A model generated the notes under the pieces. It was not told the origin of the DNA and did no database searches. It saw nothing but the letters and a program-made list of their open reading frames with translations. The position numbers and the translations under genes are program-made. Positions 40,561-50,315 of a stretch of 64,000 nucleotides of DNA are shown here, in pieces; the first letter of the stretch is position 1; the number at the start of each line of letters is the position of its first letter. Source of the stretch: Myxococcota bacterium (GTDB lineage Bacteria > Myxococcota_A > SURF-8 > G963663525); contig CAXXVK010000033.1 in the NCBI GenBank assembly GCA_963676915.2, positions 1-64,000 of the forward strand. Direction: 5' to 3'.

Positions 40561-41277
40561 TTAGCCCTTGGCAATGACACCGATCAGTCGTTCGTCGGCT
40601 TCCTTGTAACTCTGGACCGCTCGGATCAACGTCTGGAAATCTCTTTGCAATTCAATAAGTTCCACCATGTTTTCCACCGGGTTTACGTTGGAACCTTCCA
40701 GGTGACCACTCAATACCTTCGCTTCGACTTCCACCGGATCGCCGGATTCTTCGTTGGGCTTGTAGGTTGTTGAACCCACCGGCTCCAGGAACGTAGGCTC
40801 GGCGACCGTAACGATTTTTAGTTTTGCAACTTCCATGCCGTCTTGGATGACTCGCCCGTGACCATCCACCTCGAAAGGTACGGTCAGATCGATGGTGATA
40901 TCTCCCGATGACCCCTCGAGCCGATATCCCTGCTGATTTCGCAGGTTTCCCTCCTTATCGACTTCCAGCGAAGCACAACGAACGAGCAATTCCTCGTCGT
41001 TTTCGTTGGTCACCATGAAAAAGCTGTTATCGCCAAGGGCGACGTCTTTCTCGTTGCCGGTGTCGATCAAGGCTCCAGGAACCTGAGAAACCCCGATGCT
41101 ATACGTTTCGACGTTGGAAGATTGTTTCTGATTTTCTTGGGCCAGAACCAGGCTGAAAGCGGTACGTTGGGCCATATAACCCGAGGTTGTGGAGTTCGCG
41201 ACGTTGTTCGCAACGATATCCACTTGCTTTTGTCTCGCGTTAGCTCCCGCTGCGGCGATGTAGATTCCTGAAGGCAT
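40561..41277 (-). CDS. flgF: Flagellar basal-body rod protein FlgF
   Basis: ANNVANSTTSGY and LEGSNVNPV motifs; precedes flgG. Confidence 0.88.
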   Translation of the reverse strand: MPSGIYIAAAGANARQKQVDIVANNVANSTTSGYMAQRTAFSLVLAQENQKQSSNVETYSIGVSQVPGALIDTGNEKDVALGDNSFFMVTNENDEELLVRCASLEVDKEGNLRNQQGYRLEGSSGDITIDLTVPFEVDGHGRVIQDGMEVAKLKIVTVAEPTFLEPVGSTTYKPNEESGDPVEVEAKVLSGHLEGSNVNPVENMVELIELQRDFQTLIRAVQSYKEADERLIGVIAKG

Positions 41278-41422
41278 GATTCCTCCTTCTGTCGAGGAGG
41301 CTTTTCGACGCTTTGTCGGTTTTTCGTCTGCTTTCTTTATCGCTGTCGTTTTCTTCTGTTACACTGATGAGGTATGATTATCTTGTGAAAAGAAGAATTG
41401 CCGACACGATGAGGTGCGCCGG

Positions 41423-41855
41423 ATGGCCGGACTTTCCAGTTTGAAAAAGCTCGTGGATATTCGTCAGAAAGAAAAGCAGCGTGCTCAAAAGGAGTTGGCG
41501 CGGCTTCTTCAACGACGCGAGCAGTTGGAAAAGGAACTGGAGAGTCTCCGGGAAAGGCTGTACCACATGGAGCAAGATCCCTCGGTACAACGTCTTCGTC
41601 TCGAATTCGAGAGGCGAAATGTCCTTCGTGAGGACGAAGTTGCGACTACTCGAAGAAATCCGCAAGCTTGACGAAGAGACGATTCCACCTTCCCGCGATC
41701 GTGCGACCCGAGCTGAGCAGCAGGTTCGAATGGTCGAACTACTGCTTGAGCGCAAAAAGAAGGAACTCATCAAAGAGGAGTTTCGTCAGGAAACGAAACA
41801 ACTCGACGAAGCTGGGCGCAGTCGCTGGTTGAGGAACCGTAAACCGGAGTCCTGA
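41423..41855 (+). CDS. FliJ-like coiled-coil protein on the opposite strand (apparent frameshift near 41600-41660)
   Basis: RBS GAGGTG; LKKLVDIRQKEKQRAQKELA N-terminus and EFRQETKQLDE C-terminus typical of FliJ/YscO; ORFs 41414..41671 and 41481..41855. Confidence 0.6.
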
Positions 41856-41929
41856 AAGCGAGTGCGAGAAACCATCAAAAGTGTCAAAGAGCCGATTCTA
41901 AGCCGCCGTGCCGATCCATCCGTTGAGTC

Positions 41930-42599
41930 TTAGCCGAACTGCTTGAGCAGTTCATCGACGAGGTTTTGCCGGGAAACTCCTTCCTGGCTTTCTTTCAGGC
42001 GTTCCAGGCCGGAAAGGTGAACTTTTCCGGACTCGGTTTCTTCCGTGGTTTCTCCCAAGGTGACCAACAAGGAGAGAATGCGTTCCTCGACTTCGTTGAT
42101 CATCTTGCCAATCTTGACGATGGTTTGGCTTGTGAGATCCTGGAAAGACAAAAGGGTCATCAACTCCGTCAACGATGCCGACCGGTCGAAGTGAGCCTGT
42201 TCCAGCTTCTTCATTGCTTCGATGGTTGGTTCCGAACCGCTTTTTTTCCAGATATTCGGTGACGGTTTTCACGGAAGATTCCAACTCGTCATCGGTATCC
42301 AGCAGGTTTTCGACGATCGACAGGATGTTATGCGTTGCCACCTCGGTGGTGTTGCAGATGTCCTGAAGGGTGTCGAACGCGTTGGGGAGATTGTCGGCAG
42401 CGTAACTCAACTCGGGACGCATACCGGCAAGCATCTTGCGCGTTTCGTTGATGTAGCGCGCCAGAGAAGACAGCTCTCCCTTGAGCACGGTGTTGACTTC
42501 GCGGTCGTAGTTGCCTTCGCTGATGGCTTTGACGCCTTCGACCAGTTCCTTGAGATCAGGGTCTTTTACTTGATCGTCTCGTTCTATATCCGTCGTCAC
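41930..42599 (-). CDS. cheZ: CheZ-like phosphatase with N-terminal HAMP-like segment (frameshift in A7 run near 42245)
   Basis: TEVATHNIL, SFQDLTSQTIVKI (DxxxQ) and C-terminal QNLVDELLKQFG motifs. Confidence 0.82.
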
Positions 42600-42674
42600 T
42601 GGAGCCCCCTTTCACGCCACACGGCTAGGTTAGAAATCGGCTTATTTAGATTCATCGACCGTGGGCGCGACATC

Positions 42675-43406
42675 TTAAGCAATCTTTTCCATTATTTCGT
42701 CCCGCAGCAACTCTGCGGTTTTCCGAAGAATCTGGCTGGCTCTCGATTCTGTGACTCCGAGAACCTGACCGATTTCGTTCAACGTCATTTCGGCTTCGTA
42801 ATACATTCCAACCACCAACCGGTTTCGTTCGGGAAGATTGGCCAGCGCTTTGGAAAGCAGCCTAACCCGTTCATTTTTCTCAAGTTTTTCCAAAGCGTTC
42901 AACGGCTGGTTCCACAGGGTGGGCAGATCCATCATGTCCATCGTGGAAGGATCGACCACTGCCGGAGGCGTGTGCTTTGCAACGCTTTCCTGAACTTCAC
43001 TGATCGACATGCCGGTGTCGGCGGCGACATCCGCTTGACTGACCGGCTCGCCGGTTTCCTTTTCGATCTTTTTGATCGAATCGCTGACCGATTTTGCTCG
43101 GCTGCGCATCCGTCGCGTAAGATGGTCGAGATTGCGCAATTCATCGAGGATCGACCCTCGTACGCGAATGCGGGCGTAAGCTTCGAAAGCGATGCCGCGA
43201 TCCGGGTTGAATTTGCTCAAAGCGTCGAGCAGACCGACCATGCCCGCGCTGAAGAGATCTTCGCGGTCTACCGTGGGCGGGATTTTTTCGCCGACCTGTC
43301 GAACCACACGGTATACGAGTTGAGCATATTCCTGGATTTTCTCGTTTTGAGAATCCTTCGGGTCCGCTTTGCGGTAGGTTTCGTAGGCTTTGAGCATATT
43401 ATGCAT
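42675..43406 (-). CDS. fliA: Flagellar sigma factor FliA (sigma28)
   Basis: DLFSAGMVGL, YARIRVRGSILDELR and LNEIGQVLGVTESRASQ motifs. Confidence 0.95.
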   Translation of the reverse strand: MHNMLKAYETYRKADPKDSQNEKIQEYAQLVYRVVRQVGEKIPPTVDREDLFSAGMVGLLDALSKFNPDRGIAFEAYARIRVRGSILDELRNLDHLTRRMRSRAKSVSDSIKKIEKETGEPVSQADVAADTGMSISEVQESVAKHTPPAVVDPSTMDMMDLPTLWNQPLNALEKLEKNERVRLLSKALANLPERNRLVVGMYYEAEMTLNEIGQVLGVTESRASQILRKTAELLRDEIMEKIA

Positions 43407-43433
43407 GATCAGCATCCTTTCCAATCATTCCGA

Positions 43434-44249
43434 TCAATGAATCCTGTTTTCAACGAAGGTTTTTTCCAGTCCTTCGGATAGTTTCTTGGCAAGGTTTTCC
43501 ACACAGCGGGCTGCCGGAGTGTCCGGGAAAAGCTCGATGAACGGTTTTTGCGAGCGAAGCGCTTTTTCCACGGCGTTGTCGCGATAGATGTATCCGGCAA
43601 ATTCGAGGCTGAAGCTGAGAAACGTTCGTGCGGCCTTGTTGATACTGGTGAACATTTCGCGGGCCTGCTCGGCCATTTTCACGTTGTTGACGAGTACCCG
43701 GAAATTCGTGGCGCGATTGGCTGCCCGACTGACTTTTACGAGCGCGTAGGCATCGGTCAGAGACGTGATTTCGGGATTCATCATCACGAGTACTTCATGG
43801 GCCAGACTGACGGCCAGTCGGACGTTTCCACCGATGCCCGCCGCCGAATCGATGATGACGAAATCGTAAGGACGATTCGCCAGATCGAGCGTTTTCAGCA
43901 AGCGGACCTGGGAGGAAATATCCAACTCCGAAAGTTGTGCCAGAGCCGTTCCCGCAGGAAGAATGTCCAGTCCGTTGACGTGGGTCAGCACGTCTTCGAA
44001 CGAATGCGTACCATTGAGGAGGTGCGAAGCATTTCGTTCCGGGTTGACGCCTAAAAGGACATTCACGTTGGCCAGTCCCAAATCACCGTCGATCAACAAC
44101 ACCCGATATTTCATTTCGACCAGTTTCGTTGCGAGATTGACCGAAAAATGGGTTTTGCCGACACCGCCTTTTCCGCTGGCTACGGTGATGATGTGCGGTC
44201 CCGTTTGTATTTGCGCCGTCATGGCGGGATTTTGTTCCATTTGAACCAT
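43434..44249 (-). CDS. flhG: Flagellar number regulator FlhG/FleN (MinD-like ATPase)
   Basis: SGKGGVGKT, DGDLGLAN, DSAAGI and PEITSLTDAYALVK motifs. Confidence 0.93.
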   Translation of the reverse strand: MVQMEQNPAMTAQIQTGPHIITVASGKGGVGKTHFSVNLATKLVEMKYRVLLIDGDLGLANVNVLLGVNPERNASHLLNGTHSFEDVLTHVNGLDILPAGTALAQLSELDISSQVRLLKTLDLANRPYDFVIIDSAAGIGGNVRLAVSLAHEVLVMMNPEITSLTDAYALVKVSRAANRATNFRVLVNNVKMAEQAREMFTSINKAARTFLSFSLEFAGYIYRDNAVEKALRSQKPFIELFPDTPAARCVENLAKKLSEGLEKTFVENRIH

Positions 44250-44259
44250 CTCGTTTACC

Positions 44260-45400
44260 TTACAGAGCTGCAATGTTCTGCCTCTGGAAAACCGCATCGA
44301 TCATCGAATCCAGCTTGGGTCGAATGAGATCGTCCGGGATGTTGGGTCCACGGGAAAGGTAGCCGATCGCCATGCCCGAGCGTGACGCCGTAGCCAGAAC
44401 GCGACCGACGTAAGGTGCTTCGTCCAGGCGGGTCACGGCAAGGCGGCTCGAACCGGCTTCGGAAAACGCCTGTGTAGCCGTGTCAAGATCGAGCTGGCTG
44501 TGGCTGGCCGGGACGACGGTGTGGATTTCCGCCGGGCCGTCGATCCATAGCTTGTCTTTAAGTTGTTGAATTTCATTGGGATTGTGGGGGTTGATCGCCC
44601 CGGAATCCAGAATGATCGGAGTATGTTCCGCCCGTTCTGCCAGAAGGTCGAGTTCGTGACGCGTTTTTGCCGTTACAAAGTCCAGGCCCAGGGCATCGGC
44701 GGTGCTTTTCAGGAAATCACGCCCGGTTTTTTTGACAGGTTCCAACACACCAAGCACCGGTTTGAAATCACCGGAAAGTGTAAGGTCTGCCGCGAGTTTT
44801 GCCGTAAGGCTGGTTTTGCCTACTCCGGAAGCTCCGACGAACAGCACGAGCCGTGGGCGAATACGTTCGCGAGCCGGAGCCATGGAAACCTGCATTTCGA
44901 TGATTCTTTTCGTGCCTTGCTGCACTCGAATGAATTCGATGGTTTCATCGGGTCGGATTTCGTCCATGACTTTACGAAGGAATGGACAGTGTGTCGGACT
45001 CGGGGAAACCTGCGGCGTGCAATCGATGCATCAGAGGGAGGCATTCCGGAGGAAGATTTTCGTTGGAAACAAGGCTGTCCAGCAGTTCGTGCTCACGGCG
45101 AGCGAGTTGAGCGGCACGACGTACGGCGGCTTCCATTCTAGGAGAGGAGGCTTCGTTTGTTCTGGAAAGCAGTGCTTTGGCTTCATCGAAATCGAAATTG
45201 CCGGAGACGGGTTGCCTGGGAGGATACGACAGGTTTCCCTCGTCGGTTTCCTGACCGATGACCGCTTCCCAGACGAATCCGATTCCGTCGGGATTACGAA
45301 CTTTTCCCGCTCTGAGGATCAGAGCGTTTTCACCGAAACGATGCCGGGTTTGTGCCAGCATTTTCGCTCGGGTATGGGCGCGTACGACGTGAACCTGCAT
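44260..45400 (-). CDS. flhF: Flagellar SRP-family GTPase FlhF, divergent (apparent frameshift near 44980)
   Basis: N-terminal region ending FGENALIL; GASGVGKTSLTAKLAA, TRLDE and GPNIPDDL motifs; between flhA and flhG. Confidence 0.82.
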
Positions 45401-45406
45401 AACTTA

Positions 45407-47485
45407 TTAGGCTCCTTGTGGACTCAGATGAGAAATACGGCCAACCACCGAAAGTTGCGCTTGGGGATCGATTTCCCTCAGGGCTACCACCGGAAGATCG
45501 GGCATGCTGATGCTCAACAGATCGCGAAGAGGCTTGCGGATATCATCCGGGGCGAGCAGGCACGGCGAATGGCCGTCCTGTCCCAATCGGGCGGCGATAT
45601 CCTGAATCTGACGAGCGATGCTTTCGAAGATTTTCGGGTCCGGCGCAATCTGGCCGGAAGGACTCATGGAATTGCGAAGCACCTGTTCGGTTTTCGGATC
45701 GACGGTAAGGGCGAAGATCGAACCGTTTTCGTTGCTGATCATGGAGGTGATTTGTCGCCAGAGCGCAGCTCGTGCCGCATCGATCAGAATGCGCAACTCT
45801 TTGGTATGCGGCGAAATCGTCGCCAGGGCTTCGAGGATCAGCTTGAGGTTGCGAACCGAAATCCTTTCGGAAAGCAAAGACTTAAGGACGGCGTGGACTT
45901 CACCGAGAGAAAGTTGGGTCGGGACGAGTTCCTCGACCAGTTTCGGAGATTCTCGCTTGACGAAAGCCAGCAGTTCGTCCACTTGATCGCGTGTAATGAG
46001 ATTGTCTGCGTTTTTACGAAGTTCTTCGGCCAGGTGTGTAACCATCACCGTGGTTGGATCTACCACGGCCAGGCCACGAGCTTCTGCCCGGTTGCGGTCT
46101 TCGTTGAGAATCCAAAAAGCTTTCAATCCGAAAACCGGTTCTTTGGTTTCGATGCCACCCGGAAAATCCTGTAACCCCGCCGAATCGATGGCCAATTGGC
46201 GGTCGGTCATAATTTCGGCTCGTGCGACTTCGAAACCATGCAGCTTGATGGCATATTCGCCCGGTTTAAGGTCGAGATTGTCGATGACACGAACGGGCGG
46301 GATGATCAAGCCCAGTTCCTGAGCCAATTGATGACGAAGTTTTTTGACGCGCTCGGGAATCTCGCCGCCTCGTGTGTGATCGACGAGCTGAAGCAGCCCG
46401 TATCCGACTTCGAGGCTCAAAGTATCGACATGGAGCAGGTCTTCCATCGAAGGTTCCGGCGGAGGCTCGTAGGCCGGTTTTTCCTCTTCTTCCGATGGCT
46501 TGGCGTCTTTTTTACTCTGACGAAAGGCGATGCCTCCCAAAACCATGGAAAGAAGGAAAAACGGGAAGAAGGGCAGGCCGGGAACCAGACCCAAAAGGAA
46601 CAGAAACAGAGCGGTGAGGTTCATGACCTGGTTTCCGGTGGTCAACTGCAGTACCATCTGCTCACCGAATTCCATTTTTCCCGAGGCACGGCTGATAACC
46701 AGACCGGCTGCCGTGGAAAGAACGAGGGCGGGCATCTGGGAAACGAGGCCGTCGCCAATGGTTAATATGGAATAACTGCTGATGGCCGTGGCAAAATCGA
46801 GCTCCTGTTGAAGCATTCCGATCGCCAGCCCGCCCAGCAGGTTGATCGCGGTAATAACGATACCGGCGATGGCGTCGCCGCTGACGAACTTGCTGGCTCC
46901 GTCCATCGAACCGTAAAAGTCCGCTTGATCTTCGATTTGGGTGCGGCGTGTTTTGGCTTCCTGGTCGTTGATGGCACCGGCGTTGAGTTCGGCATCGATA
47001 GCCATTTGCTTGCCGGGCATGGCATCCAGTGTGAAGCGGGCGGATACTTCGGCGATTCGTCCCGAACCTTTCGTAATAACTACGAAATTGATGGTAACCA
47101 GAACGAGAAACACAATCAGTCCGACACCGACGCTGCCACCCGCCACGAAGTTTCCGAATGCCTGGATGATCTCGCCCGCCGCTTCCGGTCCTTCATGACC
47201 GTGCAGGAGAATCAATCGCGTCGAGGCGATATTGAGGGAAAGCCGCATCAGGGTGGCGATCAGAAGCAATGTCGGGAAAATGGAAAAGTCCGCCGGACGT
47301 TCGGTGAATAGCGATGTCAGAAAAACGACTGCCGAGAGTCCGATACTGATAGCCAGAAACAAGTCGAGCAGCACCGGCGGAAGCGGAATGATCAGCAGCG
47401 CAACGATTCCCAAAAAACCGGCCCCAACGAGATTCGCGTTTGAAAATACGCGTCGAAGGTTGCTGGTTTGGGATATGGCGGCCAT
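45407..47485 (-). CDS. flhA: Flagellar export gate protein FlhA
   Basis: RIAEVSARFTLDAMPGKQMAIDA, FYGSMDGASKFV and TIGDGLVSQ motifs. Confidence 0.98.
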   Translation of the reverse strand: MAAISQTSNLRRVFSNANLVGAGFLGIVALLIIPLPPVLLDLFLAISIGLSAVVFLTSLFTERPADFSIFPTLLLIATLMRLSLNIASTRLILLHGHEGPEAAGEIIQAFGNFVAGGSVGVGLIVFLVLVTINFVVITKGSGRIAEVSARFTLDAMPGKQMAIDAELNAGAINDQEAKTRRTQIEDQADFYGSMDGASKFVSGDAIAGIVITAINLLGGLAIGMLQQELDFATAISSYSILTIGDGLVSQMPALVLSTAAGLVISRASGKMEFGEQMVLQLTTGNQVMNLTALFLFLLGLVPGLPFFPFFLLSMVLGGIAFRQSKKDAKPSEEEEKPAYEPPPEPSMEDLLHVDTLSLEVGYGLLQLVDHTRGGEIPERVKKLRHQLAQELGLIIPPVRVIDNLDLKPGEYAIKLHGFEVARAEIMTDRQLAIDSAGLQDFPGGIETKEPVFGLKAFWILNEDRNRAEARGLAVVDPTTVMVTHLAEELRKNADNLITRDQVDELLAFVKRESPKLVEELVPTQLSLGEVHAVLKSLLSERISVRNLKLILEALATISPHTKELRILIDAARAALWRQITSMISNENGSIFALTVDPKTEQVLRNSMSPSGQIAPDPKIFESIARQIQDIAARLGQDGHSPCLLAPDDIRKPLRDLLSISMPDLPVVALREIDPQAQLSVVGRISHLSPQGA

Positions 47486-48559
47486 TTATCTTCCTCTTGC
47501 CTTTTGCTGTTGCTTGTAGACTTTCGCTAATAATTGAGCGACGGCCCGGTAAAGTTCCACGGGGATCGTTCGCCCGATACGTACAGATGAATACAAAGTT
47601 CGTGCCAGAGGTCTGTTTTCTACGGTCGGAATTTCGTATTTTTTTGCAAGTTCCCGAATTTTCAGGGCTTTAAAGCCTCGGCCTTTTGCCACAACGCGGG
47701 GTGTCGGATCTTTTGAGTGGTCGTAACGAAGCGCTACGGCGAAATGTGTCGGGTTCGTGACGACGACTGTCGCCTCCTTGACATTGTCCGATAGTCGGCC
47801 CATCGCCAGTTCTCTGGCACGTTGTCGGCGTGCCATTTTTATGAGAGGGTCGCCTTCGGCGTTCTTCATCTCGTCCTTTACTTCCTGCTTGGTCATACGG
47901 AGCTTTTTGGCATGTCGAAAACGGGTCCATAGCACGTCGAGCAATGCCAGCACCAAAAGAGCCGCAGCCACGCGGGAAAACACGGTAAATGCCATTCCCT
48001 GCAATTTCAGTCCGAAATCTTCTATGGGTAAAAATGTCAGTTTCCAAAGGCGTGTCGGTTCATCGCGCAATCCGTAGGCGGCAATCGCTACAACGCCCAT
48101 TCCTTTAAGAATCGATTTGATCAGGGAGATGGGAAAATCCATCGAAAACGTGCGTTTGAAAAAATTGAGGGGGTTGATGCGGTTGCCCTTGGGCTTGACG
48201 AGGCTCATGTTGAACATCACGCCGATCTGCATCAGGTTTGCCAGCACGCCGATAACCATCGTAACCGCCGCAACCGGCATAGCGATGGCGAATACCTGCC
48301 GCCCTACGCTTTGTATCGCCTCGCTGGCACGTTCAATGGTTAGCGAATCCCAATGTTCGAATTTGAAAGCCTGTCGTAACGTGCCGATGAATTCGGGAAC
48401 GGTCGAAGCGAACCACCAAGAGATAACTCCGGCAACGACCAGCATGGCCAAAGCGCCGGAAACCTCCTGTGATTTCGCCAGGTCACCTTCTTTGCGCGCC
48501 TTTCGTTTGCGTTGTTGAGTCGCTGGCTCGGTTCTTTCGGCGGCACTTTGATTCGACAT
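47486..48559 (-). CDS. flhB: Flagellar export switch protein FlhB
   Basis: ERTEPAT, MTKQEVKDE..EGDP and NPTH autocleavage motifs. Confidence 0.97.
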   Translation of the reverse strand: MSNQSAAERTEPATQQRKRKARKEGDLAKSQEVSGALAMLVVAGVISWWFASTVPEFIGTLRQAFKFEHWDSLTIERASEAIQSVGRQVFAIAMPVAAVTMVIGVLANLMQIGVMFNMSLVKPKGNRINPLNFFKRTFSMDFPISLIKSILKGMGVVAIAAYGLRDEPTRLWKLTFLPIEDFGLKLQGMAFTVFSRVAAALLVLALLDVLWTRFRHAKKLRMTKQEVKDEMKNAEGDPLIKMARRQRARELAMGRLSDNVKEATVVVTNPTHFAVALRYDHSKDPTPRVVAKGRGFKALKIRELAKKYEIPTVENRPLARTLYSSVRIGRTIPVELYRAVAQLLAKVYKQQQKARGR

Positions 48560-48604
48560 CGGTTCGACTCTGCAAAGAAGTTAAAAAAATCGGTACGTTC
48601 CACG

Positions 48605-49363
48605 TCAATGTGGAAACAGCACGGTGGCCATGAATTCGAAAATGTGGATGAAAATGTCCGAACTCATCGGAACCAGGGTATGGGCGGCAGCGATCAGGCC
48701 GAGAATGCCGGTCGAAACCGTCAACGCCGGACCCTCGATGAACATATTGAGACTCGGTACCGCCTTGGACAGCACCATCAGCAGCAGTTGAGCGCCGAAT
48801 ACCGAAGCCATGATCGGAGAAGCGACGCGTAATCCGAGTTGAAACAACTCGGCTCCACCTTGTTGGGACACTTGCAGACCGTTGACGGAGGCGAACCAGC
48901 CGCCGGGCGGAATGACTTCGACGGATCGGAAGAGGAAAGCCAACAGGTTTTCGACACCACCGCTGAAAACGAACAAACCCAGTGCGGTGAACGAGAAAAC
49001 CCGACCCATAACATTGAGTTGAGCGGGAAGGTTGGGGTCGATGAACCCCGGCGTAGCGAGTCCCATCTGAGTTCCCGCGATTTCACCGGCTGTAGCGAAA
49101 GTATGCAGCGCCAAGGTCAATAGAAAACCGGCGGCAAGGCCGAAAACTACTTCCAGAACCAGACCGGCTACCAATTCAACCATGCTGCCCGAGAACGTTG
49201 GTTGAGTGCCTACGGCCCAAGTGAGTCCAGCAGCCAGAATGATACGTGCCATTGCCGGAGCGCTGGCCCCTGGAAACGGAGAGGATACGAAAAACGCGGT
49301 AAATCGGAAAAACACCAGCAGCGTGCCTAAAGAAAACTGGCTCCACTGGACCAGTGTGTCCAT
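48605..49363 (-). CDS. fliR: Flagellar export protein FliR
   Basis: Hydrophobic; AGEIAGTQMGL and KAVPSLNMF motifs; between fliQ and flhB. Confidence 0.92.
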   Translation of the reverse strand: MDTLVQWSQFSLGTLLVFFRFTAFFVSSPFPGASAPAMARIILAAGLTWAVGTQPTFSGSMVELVAGLVLEVVFGLAAGFLLTLALHTFATAGEIAGTQMGLATPGFIDPNLPAQLNVMGRVFSFTALGLFVFSGGVENLLAFLFRSVEVIPPGGWFASVNGLQVSQQGGAELFQLGLRVASPIMASVFGAQLLLMVLSKAVPSLNMFIEGPALTVSTGILGLIAAAHTLVPMSSDIFIHIFEFMATVLFPH

Positions 49364-49641
49364 TACTGCACCGTTACTAAGGAGATTTTATCGACGACGA
49401 ATTGGAAAATGAGGACAAAGCGATCGAGCAGCCAAGGAAGAAGAAGTCCCCCCATTGCACCAACGCCGATGACTTTCGGAACGAAGGTCAGGGTGGGTTC
49501 GTTGACCTGTGTAGCGCTTTGCAATACGCCGACACTGATACCGATGGCCAGACCCGTCATGATGATCGGAGCCATGACCATTGCTCCCATTCCCAGTGTG
49601 TGTGTCAGAATCGCAATGATGGTATCGGCTTCCATGGTCAA
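49363..49641 (-). CDS. fliQ: Flagellar export protein FliQ
   Basis: QSATQVNEPTLTFVPK motif. Confidence 0.95.
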   Translation of the reverse strand: MTMEADTIIAILTHTLGMGAMVMAPIIMTGLAIGISVGVLQSATQVNEPTLTFVPKVIGVGAMGGLLLPWLLDRFVLIFQFVVDKISLVTVQ

Positions 49642-50279
49642 CTCCCGAAACTTCTCACCAATGCCCCGACGATCATTGCCCAGCCGTCCGCAAGCACGAA
49701 CAGAAGTAGTTTGAAGGGCATGGATATCAGGGTTGGCGGTAGCATGATCATTCCGAGTGCGTTGAGCAGCGCGGCAATGGAAAGGTCAACAATCAAAAAC
49801 GGAATGAACAGCAGAAACCCAATTGCGAACGCCGCACGAAGCTCACTGATGACAAATGCCGGAACCAACACACGAATGGGGACATCCTGCAACGTCGTAA
49901 AAGGCTTTATCTTGGCAAGGTTGCTCATCAATACGAGATCTTCTTGGCGGGTTTGAGCCAGCATGAAGCGTTTCATCGGCATGACACCCCTATTGTAAGC
50001 TTCCTCCGGCTGGATTTGATCCTCCATCAATGGCTTGATTGAGTCCACATAAACCTGTTCCATGGCGGAACCCATTACGAAATACGTAAGAAAGATGGAT
50101 AATCCGATGATGACCTGATTGGGAGGAACCTGTTGCAGTCCCATAGCCGAGCGAATGAATCCCAGTACCAGAACGATCCGCAAAAAGGCCGTCATCGAGA
50201 TCACGATTCCCGGCAACATCGTCAGAACCGTGAACAGGATCAAAATTTTCAATGGGGCGGATGTTGCGGCTTCTGTCAT
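49638..50279 (-). CDS. fliP: Flagellar export protein FliP
   Basis: MTAFLRI, QQVPPNQ, PAFVISEL and PFKLLLFVLADGW motifs. Confidence 0.96.
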   Translation of the reverse strand: MTEAATSAPLKILILFTVLTMLPGIVISMTAFLRIVLVLGFIRSAMGLQQVPPNQVIIGLSIFLTYFVMGSAMEQVYVDSIKPLMEDQIQPEEAYNRGVMPMKRFMLAQTRQEDLVLMSNLAKIKPFTTLQDVPIRVLVPAFVISELRAAFAIGFLLFIPFLIVDLSIAALLNALGMIMLPPTLISMPFKLLLFVLADGWAMIVGALVRSFGS

Positions 50280-50315
50280 TGGGTTTCGCCTCGGTTAAAG
50301 GTGAAAAGGTATGAA

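Noticed and set aside
42222-46174. Long plus-strand ORFs 42222..43481 and 44702..46174
   Set aside because: Antisense shadows of cheZ/fliA and flhF/flhA
45407-50279. Non-flagellar type III injectisome
   Set aside because: The export genes sit among rod, ring, switch, hook-junction and fliA genes, so they are flagellar
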